The translations under genes and the position numbers were made by a program. From NCBI GenBank assembly GCA_963708075.1, contig OY970194.1, forward strand, positions 4,064,001 through 4,128,000: DNA of 64,000 nt. Reading direction: 5' to 3'. Source of the stretch: Sedimentisphaerales bacterium (GTDB lineage Bacteria > Planctomycetota > Phycisphaerae > Sedimentisphaerales > Anaerobacaceae). The notes below the pieces were generated by a model. It was not told the DNA's origin. It saw only the letters and a list, made by a program, of their open reading frames with translations, and ran no database searches. This document shows positions 24,494-33,602 of the stretch, piece by piece. Position 1 is the stretch's first letter. Every line of letters starts with the position of its first letter.

Positions 24494-26389
24494 ATGGCAT
24501 TGGTATCGCTGCAAGAGATCAGTATCGCCTTTGGCGGGCCCCCGCTGCTGGATGGGGTCAGTCTTCAAATCGACAAGCAACAGCGGATCGGTCTGCTGGG
24601 CCGCAATGGGACCGGCAAGTCGACGCTGATGAAAATCCTCGCCGGACAGGTCGTCCCGGATGCGGGGACCGTGCAGGCGGAATCGGGACTGAAGATCGCG
24701 TACTTCTCGCAGACGATCCCGCATGACCTCGATGGCTCGGTCTTCGAGATCATCGCGCGGGGCCTGGGCCAACGCGGCGAGTTGATGGTGCGCTATCATC
24801 GCGAGGAAGCGCGGCTGGCGGCGCATCCCGATCCCGACCACAGCCGGCTTCACCAGTTGCACGAACAACTGGACGCCCATCGTGCGTGGTCGGTGCTCGA
24901 GGAAATCGCGAGCATCACGACACGCATGAGCCTGGACCCCGACGGGGACTATCCTGCCCTTTCGGGCGGTCAGAAGCGGCGTGTGCTGCTGGCGGCGGCG
25001 CTGGTGTGCGAGCCCGACCTGCTCCTGCTGGATGAGCCGACGAACCATTTGGATATCGACTCGATCGCCTGGCTGGAGAGCTATCTGCTCGGGATGGGCA
25101 AGACGTTGCTGTTCGTCACGCACGACCGCATGCTGCTGCGCAGGCTGGCCACGCGGATCATCGAGATCGACCGGGGGCAGTTGTTCGACTGGTCGTGCGA
25201 CTACGACACGTTCCTCGAACGAAAGCAGGCGACGCTCGAGGCGCAGGAGAAGGAGTGGGAACGATTCGACAAGAAGCTGGCCCAGGAAGAGGTCTGGATT
25301 CGCCAGGGAATCAAGGCCCGGCGCCACCGCAACGAAGGGCGCGTGCAGGCCCTGCTGAAGATGCGAGCCGAGCGTCAGGTGCGGCGCGAGAAGCTGGGGA
25401 CCGCCACGTTGAAGCTGGCCGAGGCCCAGAACTCGGGCACGATGGTGCTGGAGGCCAAGGGCGTCGGCTACAGCTACGACAACAAGCCGCTGATCAAGGA
25501 TTTCGACGTGATGGTCGCGCGGGGTGACAAGATCGGCATCATCGGACCCAATGGGTGCGGCAAGACCACGCTGGTTCGGCTGCTGCTGGGCGAGCTGTCG
25601 CCGCAGACGGGCACGGTCCGGCAGGGAACGCAACTGTCGATCACGTACTTCGATCAGTTGCGACGGCAGCTCGACGAGGACAAGAGCGTCTGGGAGAACG
25701 TGCTGCCCAACGGGAGCACCGTGACCATCGACGGCAAGAGCAAGCACATCATCGGCTATCTCCAGGACTTTCTTTTCACGCCGGAGCGGGCCAAGACGCG
25801 CGTCCGCTGCCTCTCCGGCGGGGAACGCAACCGGCTGCTGCTGGCCCAGCTCTTCACCCAACCCGCCAACCTGCTGGTCCTCGACGAGCCAACCAACGAT
25901 CTGGACAGCGAGACGCTGGAACTGCTCGAAGAGCTGCTGGTCAACTTCAAGGGGACCGTGCTGCTGATCTGCCACGATCGGGCGTTTCTCGACAACGTCG
26001 TCACCAGCACATGGGTCTTCACGGGCGACGGCGCGATCGAAGAATACGTCGGCGGCTACAAGGACTGGCGCCGGCAGCAGAGCCAGGAAGCGCCCGAGCC
26101 CGAGACGCCCAAGGTCGACAAGAAGAAGCTCTACAAGGAAGCCCGCAAGGCCAGCCAAACGCGGAAGCTCTCGTTCAAGGAGTCCAGAGAGTTGGAGTCG
26201 CTGCCGGCGCTGATCGAGTCGCTGGAAGGCGAGCTGGAGGTCGTGCACAACCAACTGGCCGATCCGGCGTTCTATCGCAACCGGGACAACGCCATACTCA
26301 TCAAGAAGCGACTGGCCGAGATCGAAGCCCAACACGCCCAAGCCTTCGAGCGCTGGGAGCATCTCGAATCCATCGCCTCGGCGTCCTAA
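24494..26389 (+). CDS. uup: ABC-F ATPase, Uup family
   Basis: Two NBDs (GRNGTGKST/LSGGQ and GPNGCGKTT/LSGGER), EEVWIRQGIKARRHRNEGRV linker, C-terminal KLSFKE coiled coil. Confidence 0.92.
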   Translation: MALVSLQEISIAFGGPPLLDGVSLQIDKQQRIGLLGRNGTGKSTLMKILAGQVVPDAGTVQAESGLKIAYFSQTIPHDLDGSVFEIIARGLGQRGELMVRYHREEARLAAHPDPDHSRLHQLHEQLDAHRAWSVLEEIASITTRMSLDPDGDYPALSGGQKRRVLLAAALVCEPDLLLLDEPTNHLDIDSIAWLESYLLGMGKTLLFVTHDRMLLRRLATRIIEIDRGQLFDWSCDYDTFLERKQATLEAQEKEWERFDKKLAQEEVWIRQGIKARRHRNEGRVQALLKMRAERQVRREKLGTATLKLAEAQNSGTMVLEAKGVGYSYDNKPLIKDFDVMVARGDKIGIIGPNGCGKTTLVRLLLGELSPQTGTVRQGTQLSITYFDQLRRQLDEDKSVWENVLPNGSTVTIDGKSKHIIGYLQDFLFTPERAKTRVRCLSGGERNRLLLAQLFTQPANLLVLDEPTNDLDSETLELLEELLVNFKGTVLLICHDRAFLDNVVTSTWVFTGDGAIEEYVGGYKDWRRQQSQEAPEPETPKVDKKKLYKEARKASQTRKLSFKESRELESLPALIESLEGELEVVHNQLADPAFYRNRDNAILIKKRLAEIEAQHAQAFERWEHLESIASAS

Positions 26390-26392
26390 GAA

Positions 26393-26410
26393 CCTGAACC
26401 AGCGACACAC
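26393..26410 (+). repeat. 18-bp repeat CCTGAACCAGCGACACAC, copy 2
   Basis: Starts 3 bp after the uup stop; similarity to copy 1 continues as GG(A/G)TTTTCAGT. Confidence 0.85.
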
Positions 26411-27043
26411 GGGTTTTCAGTTCGGAGCTTGCAATTGTCAGTGCTTGTGCAATAAGGGTTTATGCTTGTAAAATAGAGGCCTATGACGCTGGCCGTAGCG
26501 TGGCAGAAGCGTGCGCGAAGCGCAACCGAAGGTCGTTGTTGCGCATTCTGTTGCGCACCCCGGCTTGGGTTGATCCATTCCATGCATCCTGTTTGGCTCC
26601 GGCTTCGGCGGGGCCTTCGCCTACGCCAAACAGGCGGCGACGTTCGTCGCCGACATCATATAGCCTAAGGAGCTGTCGCTGCTGGCCAGCCTCCCCGACC
26701 TGCCCCTCTGCCGCGGCACCCCCAATACCCCGCACGGCGTCGTCCAGAAGCGTAAACTTATTCGTCCACGTCATCAGATGCCCCTGCGGCAGGGCTCTTA
26801 GAGCCCGCCAAGCTACTGCCAGCAGACGATTTCGCCGTCCTGCCGGCATCATCCAGAGCATTCCTATGGGGTTTACTTTTACCGCCACTCCAAGCTCTCT
26901 AGTCTTGAGCGATCTTTCACAACTGCAGGGCCTTGGTAGTGTAACCACAGTGCCTATGAGAATCGACCGGTTTCCTGTCAATTCAGCCGCCACTGGGCGG
27001 TCCGATGGCCGCTTGACAGGCACAGCCTCTCTGCTCGGAGAGT

Positions 27044-28416
27044 TCAAAGATAGCCGATGCGGTCTTTGAACGTCATTCGCTGCTTGTCGAACATCAGTGT
27101 GACGTGGCCCGCAGGGCCATTGCGATGCTTGGCGATGTCGATCTCGCAGGCCTCGGTGTGCCCATAACTCATGTCCTTGCGACGGTAATAGTCTTCTCGG
27201 AACAGCAGCATGATCACATCGGCGTCCTGGTCGAGGGACCCAAACGCGCGCAGGTCGCTGAGCCGGGGGCATACGTTCTCTCGGCCCTCCGCCTCGGGGC
27301 TCAACTGACTCGCCAAAAGGACCGGCACGTCGGCCGTCTGCGCCATCCTCTTGACCGCCCGACTCAGTTCCGTCGCCAGCTGCCCGAGGTTCTGGTGATT
27401 GTCCTCCGTCATCATCAACTGGAAATAGTCGATGACCACCAGACCGATCTTGTGACGCCGCCCATATTGCTTCAAAAGCATCGCCTGTTCCGTTGGTGTA
27501 TGTCCCCCGCTGGTGAAGAACAAAGGCGGGCTTTGCTTCTCGTATTTGGCCGCGGCGGTGAACAAGGCCTCCTTCTTCTCGATGTCCAGACGAGGATTAT
27601 GCCGGACTTCAGACAGCGGCAGGCCGGCCAGCATGCACAGGGCCCGGTTCCGGAGTTGCGGCACCGTCATCTCCAGACTGATGAACAGAACGCCGGTGCC
27701 GGCCATCGCCGCGTTCAGGGCCATGTGGAGGGCCAGCGAGGTCTTGCCCATGGAGGGACGCGCCCCGATCACTACCAAGTCTCCGGGATAGAAGCCTCGG
27801 ATCTGGTCGTCGATCCCTATAAAGCCGGAGCCCACGCGTCGCGCCGATTCAGCGTGCAACGCGTGGGCATGCTGAACCAGGCCGTCCCCCAAGCCGACGA
27901 GACTCTGGTCGGCTCTCGGCGTGTCCAGTTGTAGGACCCGCTCCGTGATCTGTTTGATCTTCTCGCTGGACGGCCCCGGTTCGCGGGCCATCTTCTCGAT
28001 GTCCGCGCTGAGCAGCAGCAGCGCGCGGTCCTTGCTGCGTTCGAGCACAAGGTCCGCATAGTAAGTGATATCGGGGATCGAGGGACCCAGCTCGGCGATG
28101 TGCTGCAAGTAGGACCAACTGACCTCTACGTCGTCGGCCTTGGTATCCTTGTCGGAATACTTGCCCATGCGCCAAGCTCTTCGCGAAGGGCGGCGGCGTC
28201 GATCTGGCTTTGGTCCGCCATCGAAGGTCTCGTGCACAGAGCCACCAGGGCGTCGTAGATGGTCCGGTGAGCGGGGTAGTAGAAGGCCTCTTCGGTGATC
28301 CGCCCCATGATGCTGCCAATCTGGCGCGGCTCGGACATCATCGCGCTGAGCAGATTGCCTTCCGCGTCTTTATCGGCCGCCAACTCCTTGACGCCACGCC
28401 TTGTCTTTCTTGCCAT
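27044..28416 (-). CDS. DnaB-like helicase paralogue, -1 frameshift near 28172
   Basis: N-terminal AE..LLSAMM...FYYPAHRTIY in ORF 28126-28416; GARPSMGKT, SLEM, VIDYFQLM, SQLS, DQDAD, KHRNGP in ORF 27044-28237. Confidence 0.85.
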
Positions 28417-28530
28417 AAGTGGATTTCCTCAGGCTGTATTTCCCCCTTGCACCGTCAAATGGGGTAGGGCATGACGATATTTGCACCCTACGGGCAAAAA
28501 GGCAGATGTAGCCCGCCCAGTGCACCCTTG

Positions 28531-28833
28531 CTATTCATCGTTCTCCATTGGCACTCGGACGCGGTTCACGGTATGCACCTTGCCCGTCTTCTTGGAAAGC
28601 TCCGAGGCCCGTGCCTCCGCCTCAGATTGTCCCTGATATGGGAAAGATGCAACCTCCTTGGAATTCGCGTCAACGACTTTCCAAATGAATTTCATACGCT
28701 TCTGTGTTGGCGAGGTCTTTCTGGAGCCGGACGCCTTTCGGACATCTTTTTTCGGTTCCTTATCCTCGACCTCTATCGAAGCTTCCTCGGCCATCCGTTC
28801 AATTCGTTGCTTATTAGACAGTCGCTTCGCCAT
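28531..28833 (-). CDS. Small basic hypothetical protein
   Basis: 100-aa Lys/Arg-rich ORF, no recognised motif. Confidence 0.6.
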   Translation of the reverse strand: MAKRLSNKQRIERMAEEASIEVEDKEPKKDVRKASGSRKTSPTQKRMKFIWKVVDANSKEVASFPYQGQSEAEARASELSKKTGKVHTVNRVRVPMENDE

Positions 28834-29019
28834 AGGATCATCCATTTCTCAGAGTCGCCTGATAGAACATTTTGCGTACCCATACTACAGGCGGGACTTT
28901 ATCAGATATACCGTGGCTGTGCAAATCCTTTTGACAGCTTCTGGAAGTCAGCCTGCACAAACCATCAAATGGCAGGCAAAGGCCATTCATCGTCTCTTGG
29001 AGTATGCTCCTGGAGGAAA

Positions 29020-29213
29020 TGCGTGGTGGAGCGTTGGCGGATGGACTACAATTACTACCGGCCCCACAGTAGCTTGGACTATGCGACCTCGGCAGGCTTT
29101 GCTGGACGGTGTCAGCAGGCCGGTTATATCAGGTCGCATCAGCCGGTGCTCGCTGGAGTGCACGCTTGTGCATTCCTCTCGTAGACACTGGACCCACAAA
29201 AGGGGGCAGACCA
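29020..29213 (+). mobile_element. IS3-family remnant (integrase C-terminus and right end)
   Basis: VERWRMDYNYYRPHSSLDY followed by terminal-like TGGACCCACAAAAGGGGGCAGACCA. Confidence 0.75.
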
Positions 29214-29273
29214 TGATCGATGGCTGTGATGGTATGGGCCCAAAGGAAAGGCTGAAAGAATCTTAAACGGCTG

Positions 29274-29912
29274 ATGACGGATTCAACAATGACAGAGCGG
29301 AATACACCCAAGGAATGTGCCGCGTCTTCTGACACAGCACGGCCTCGGATGACCAAGGAGCAGATCAATGCGCATCCGATTAGAAAATATCAGGGACGCA
29401 TCCATTTGATTCACAGATCCGAACAAATCGAGCAGGCGGTCAGGCAGTTGGAAAAGGAGAAGGTCCTGGGGTTTGACACGGAAACACGGCCCACGTTTCG
29501 AGTGGGGCAGAGCTACCTGCCTGCGGTCCTGCAATTGGTCGGGGAACAAGCGGCCTACATCTTTCAATTGCAGCATTGCCGTTTGTCCAAGGCTTTATGT
29601 CGGCTGCTGGCCAATCCAAAGATCATTAAGGCGGGCGTCGCTTTGGATCGTGATGTGAAGGAATTGAATAAGTTGGCCTCGTTCAAACCTGCGGGATTTG
29701 TGGATGTGGGAGAACTTGCCAAGCAGGCAGGTTGTATGAATCATGGTCTTCGTGGGCTGGCCACGCTGTTGCTGGGATTCCGGGTGTCCAAGAAGTTCCA
29801 GACTTCAAACTGGGCCAACGGAACATTGACTCGTGCGCAGCTCGAATATGCTGCAACGGACGCCTGGGTGGGGCGAGAGCTGTATCAGAAGCTGCAACCG
29901 CTGTTGCCTTGA
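29274..29912 (+). CDS. 3'-5' exonuclease (DEDDy, WRN-exo-like)
   Basis: LGFDTETRP, LQL, DRDVKEL, SNW...LT.AQLEYAATDAW. Confidence 0.9.
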   Translation: MTDSTMTERNTPKECAASSDTARPRMTKEQINAHPIRKYQGRIHLIHRSEQIEQAVRQLEKEKVLGFDTETRPTFRVGQSYLPAVLQLVGEQAAYIFQLQHCRLSKALCRLLANPKIIKAGVALDRDVKELNKLASFKPAGFVDVGELAKQAGCMNHGLRGLATLLLGFRVSKKFQTSNWANGTLTRAQLEYAATDAWVGRELYQKLQPLLP

Positions 29913-29982
29913 TCGCCATAACAGGGCCCGATTCATAACGTGGCAGTCAAGATGGCTATTGGCGTATGGTGCAAATATCATC

Positions 29983-30092
29983 CCTGAACCAGCGACACAC
30001 AGATTCTTCACGATCACATCCTGCTGATGCCGGTTGATCCAGTCAGCCAGCATCATCAAGAGCATGCCCATCGGTTTGACTTTCATCACCAT
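29983..30092 (-). mobile_element. Second short remnant of the same transposase N-terminus, ending at copy 3 of the 18-bp repeat
   Basis: MVMKVKPMGMLLMMLADWINRHQQDVI closely matches 24130-24213; CCTGAACCAGCGACACAC at 29983-30000. Confidence 0.75.
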
Positions 30093-30508
30093 CCGTCCTT
30101 TCACACTCCAACCATCCATCCAGGGAACCAAGACGAGCCATTATAGTGGAAAGCGTTGGTGAGAACGATGGCCTTCGGCAGCTTTTTTCATCCCGTGTGA
30201 AAACAGGATCATCGAACTGCAGCACGAGAGCTGTCACAACAAGATCATCTGCGTTGAGCATTTGCGCGAATCGTCAAAATCCTGCCGCCCCAAGGCTGCG
30301 CGACACCCTGCAATCACTCGTGTTACACATAGATGATCTTGCGCACCATGCGACATCTTTTGTGCTTGGCAGCGGGTGCTGGCGGGTCGGTCCACACAAA
30401 GATCAATACGCGTGGATACGTTCTGAAGACATGATTTCCGGGCTGGTAGTGTTTCATTATCCGGCAGATGGATAGGGTGTGGCGTGGTTGTCCTTTTATG
30501 GTTCTCCA

Positions 30509-31100
30509 TCACTTCTGACCGGGTTGCATGAGCCGGGCCCGACGCATCAACTCGCCTGCAATCGCGATGATGCTGATATGGCTGCGCTCGACGTGCAGGG
30601 AGGCCGAGACCTTGTCGGCCACTTCCTTTTCGGCGGCCATGAACTTGCCCGCGGCGTCGGTGAGTCTCCCTGTGACGGAGCACCGGCCGGCCTTGGCCAC
30701 CTGGACCGCTGCGTACTTGAACGTCGGCTGCTTACTGACAGGATCCCAACCGGTGAACGTCAATTCGTTGGCGGCCCGGGCCCGCCCGTCGGGTCCGCCA
30801 TGCTCGGACCCGGGCTCGTCCCAGTAGCCGTAGTGGAATGGAATGAACACGTGGCCGGGGAGGATGTCGCCGATCTGAGCCAGGGCGGTGATCGTGGCCC
30901 GACGGGAAGCAACCTCCACCATGTCACCCTCATGGATGCCCAGCCGTCGCGCATCCTCTTCGTTGATCTGGACAAACGCATCGGGCGCCGCATCGTAAAG
31001 TTCCCGTGATTGACCGGTCTTGGTGCGCGTGTGGAAATGGTACACGATCCGGCCCGTGGTCGCCCAGAACGGATACTTGTCGTCGGGCACTTCAGGGTAA
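30509..31100 (-). pseudogene. C-terminal fragment of a molybdopterin oxidoreductase (dinucleotide-binding domain)
   Basis: YPFWATTGRIVYHFHTRTKT, VQINEEDARRLGI.EGD.V.V.SRR, FIPFHY, AANELT...DPVSKQPTFK; catalytic N-terminal part absent. Confidence 0.8.
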
Positions 31101-31131
31101 ACGGTCAACCAGTCCGTTACCCGGCCCGATA

Positions 31132-31159
31132 AATCGCAAAAACCACGCTTTTTGCGATT
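31132..31159. repeat. Perfect 11-bp inverted repeat AATCGCAAAAA-N6-TTTTTGCGATT
   Basis: Read directly; lies next to the truncation point of the molybdopterin gene. Confidence 0.65.
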
Positions 31160-31492
31160 GACAGAGGGTTCCACCCTGCCGGTTTTGACCGAAAGGGATG
31201 CGGGTGGAGACAAAATGGAGACAGAGTGCCCCGGGCTGTCACAAGTAACATTTTGTCTTTCCCTCTGGATGCAACCGTGAACGAACGCAGCGCCACGAAT
31301 GGCTCTGCCACTGGAAACCCGCAACGACAGTCCGCCAAATGTGTGCACTGTTCCACGCGTTGGCCAAGTCGTTGGCGTCCGACAACCTGTGGCCTGCCCT
31401 CGTGTTTCTCACAGCTCTCGTGATTACGGCCAGTCTCAGAGCTGCGGGAAGTCACATCGCCAAGTGGCGACGCGGAAAACGGCGGAGAGCCG

Positions 31493-32170
31493 TTAGATGA
31501 TGGTCACCTGAACGCGGCTTTCGATGATCCCCGCTGCGATGGCGTAGCGCGTGAGCCCCGCGGTGTCGTGGAGGTCCAGCTTGCTCATGAGATGCTGCCG
31601 ATGCTTCTCCACCGTCTTGATGCTGATGCCGAGCTCCCGTGCGACTTGTTTGTTGGCTTTGCCTTCGGCAATCAATTGCAGCACCTCTACTTCGCGTGAA
31701 CTCAAGGCAGTTTGTTTTTTCTTGAGCACTCCGCACCCATCCGGCGACTCCAAAGAAAGACTGTGCAGGCGATTGGCAATGGAGGGACTGAAGAATGTGT
31801 TTCCTTTTTGGACTTCCCGGATCGCCCTGGACAGGAGATCGGCGGACGTTTCTTTGATCAGATATCCCGCCGCGCCCAACAGGACTACTTGCCGGATGTA
31901 CTCGTCGTCACCATGTGCGGAGAGTATGAGCACCCTGGTAGTGGGGACAGCTTTCCGAATTCGTCGGGTGGCTTCCAGACCATTGAGCAGCGGCATCGCG
32001 ATGTCCATGAGGACCACGGCGGGGCGAAGTCTCTTGACCAGTTGAATCGCCTGACGGCCGGTTTCCGCCTCGCCGACCACCTCGATATCGTCTTCCGCCT
32101 CCAATAATGCTCGAATCCCCTCTCGGACGATCATGTGGTCGTCAGCCAGTAGGACGGTGATTCGCTCCAT
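31493..32170 (-). CDS. NarL/FixJ-family response regulator (REC + LuxR HTH)
   Basis: VLLADDH, LMDIAMP.LNG, GYLIK, LSSREVEVLQLIAEG..NKQVA..LGIS.KTVEKHR..LM.KL. Confidence 0.95.
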   Translation of the reverse strand: MERITVLLADDHMIVREGIRALLEAEDDIEVVGEAETGRQAIQLVKRLRPAVVLMDIAMPLLNGLEATRRIRKAVPTTRVLILSAHGDDEYIRQVVLLGAAGYLIKETSADLLSRAIREVQKGNTFFSPSIANRLHSLSLESPDGCGVLKKKQTALSSREVEVLQLIAEGKANKQVARELGISIKTVEKHRQHLMSKLDLHDTAGLTRYAIAAGIIESRVQVTII

Positions 32171-32202
32171 AGAAACTTGCCCCTGTAGAATCCCTGAGAG
32201 AT

Positions 32203-33591
32203 CTAAACCTTGGTGCCATTGCCGAAGGGGATGTCCGCTCGGATCGTCGTGCCTTTGCCGGGCGAGGATTCGACGGTAAAGCGGCCGCCGACCATCTCCA
32301 CTCGCTCGCGCATGCCGAGCAGCCCCAAGCCCTTGTTCCTTTGGGTGGACAACACGCCTTGCACCTGAAAGGATTTGCCGTCGTCTTGCACTTCCATGCA
32401 AATGACGCCCCGGAGTTTCTGGATGCTCACCGTCACGAGGCTGGCTTTCGCGTGCTTGGCAACGTTGGTGAGGGCTTCCTGGACGACGCGATAGAGCACC
32501 GTTCGCTTGTCACCGTCCAGAAGTTCCGTCCGATCACGAGTAAAGCTCGTGAAGCGAACGGAGAGGCCCGTCCGCTTGGCAAAGTCCTTCACATGGGAGC
32601 GGAGGGCGGGAACCAACCCCAGGTCGTCCAAGGCCGGCGGGCGCAATTGGCCGGCAAACTGATGCACGATGTTCACCGATCTTTGCACCAGCCGCTGTGT
32701 GTGAGCAATCTTTCTCTTGAGGCCTTTGCCGTTGGATGCGGCCTCCTTTCCCAATACCGCCAGATGGAAACTGATTGCCGTCAAGACTTGGGCGATATCA
32801 TCATGCAGCTCGCGGCTGACTCGCTTTCGCTCTTCCTCCTGCGCCTGTAGAACTTGATGGGACAGATGCTGCAATTGTTTCTGCAACTGAAGGGACTCCG
32901 CCAACAACTGGCGGGCGTATGTCTCGCTTTTCTGGAGGGCCTTTTCCACCGCCTTCCGCCGGACGATTTCCTGTTTCAATTCCCGGTTCGCGGCATCCAG
33001 AGCCTCCATGCGGCGTTGCGCCTCTTCAGCCCGCTTGAGCGCGGAGATGTCTGAAACCGCCAGCCGGCACCATTTGCGCACGCCGCTGAGGGAGGCAGCC
33101 GATGCGCCCTGAAGGTTAGCCCAGAAAGAAGTACCGTCCTCGTTCCGAAGTGACGCCTCGCAGATCTGTTTTCCGGGCTCTGCGAATATCTTTTCAAGGA
33201 AAGCCAAAAAGACTGGCCGACTCATCGAGGCCACAAAGCGCGGCAAGCGGCAGTTGATCAGTCGGGAGCGTTCAACGCCCAACAAGGCGGCTCCCGTCAA
33301 GTTCACATCCAGAATCAAGCCCTGTTCATCAATGGAGAAATAGCCGACCGGGGCGAAATCGTAGAGGTCGGTGTATTTTTCCAGCATCACCTCCATCTGG
33401 TCCCAAGCTCCCTGGAGTTCCGCGTTCTGCATCTCCAGTTCAACCTGGTGGACCTGCAATTCGTGGACGAGCCTGTGTGCGTCGGGGTCTGTTCGGGGCG
33501 GGGCCGTGCTTCTCCGTTGCGCTTTGAGCCGGGCTTCGGCGCGGCGGCGCAGTTCAGCGGCATCGGCTGAGGCGTTCGGTTTCTTCTGCAT
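32203..33591 (-). CDS. Cytoplasmic PAS-domain sensor histidine kinase (HisKA_3)
   Basis: ELQVHQVELEMQN coil, YDFAPVGY PAS, EEERKRVSRELHDDIAQ, QEALTNVAKHA, DDG, GLGLLGMRER; no TM segment. Confidence 0.93.
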   Translation of the reverse strand: MQKKPNASADAAELRRRAEARLKAQRRSTAPPRTDPDAHRLVHELQVHQVELEMQNAELQGAWDQMEVMLEKYTDLYDFAPVGYFSIDEQGLILDVNLTGAALLGVERSRLINCRLPRFVASMSRPVFLAFLEKIFAEPGKQICEASLRNEDGTSFWANLQGASAASLSGVRKWCRLAVSDISALKRAEEAQRRMEALDAANRELKQEIVRRKAVEKALQKSETYARQLLAESLQLQKQLQHLSHQVLQAQEEERKRVSRELHDDIAQVLTAISFHLAVLGKEAASNGKGLKRKIAHTQRLVQRSVNIVHQFAGQLRPPALDDLGLVPALRSHVKDFAKRTGLSVRFTSFTRDRTELLDGDKRTVLYRVVQEALTNVAKHAKASLVTVSIQKLRGVICMEVQDDGKSFQVQGVLSTQRNKGLGLLGMRERVEMVGGRFTVESSPGKGTTIRADIPFGNGTKV

Positions 33592-33602
33592 GGCAAGACC
33601 TT

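Noticed and set aside
24341..26410. 689-aa antisense ORF over uup, and other long shadow ORFs (e.g. 11074-12429, 17057-18574, 21852-23303, 1035-1886)
   Set aside because: Antisense to well-supported genes in GC-rich DNA, with no recognisable motifs.
26485..26670. Integron attC site
   Set aside because: No clear RYYYAAC...GTTRRRY pairing, no integrase and no cassette array.
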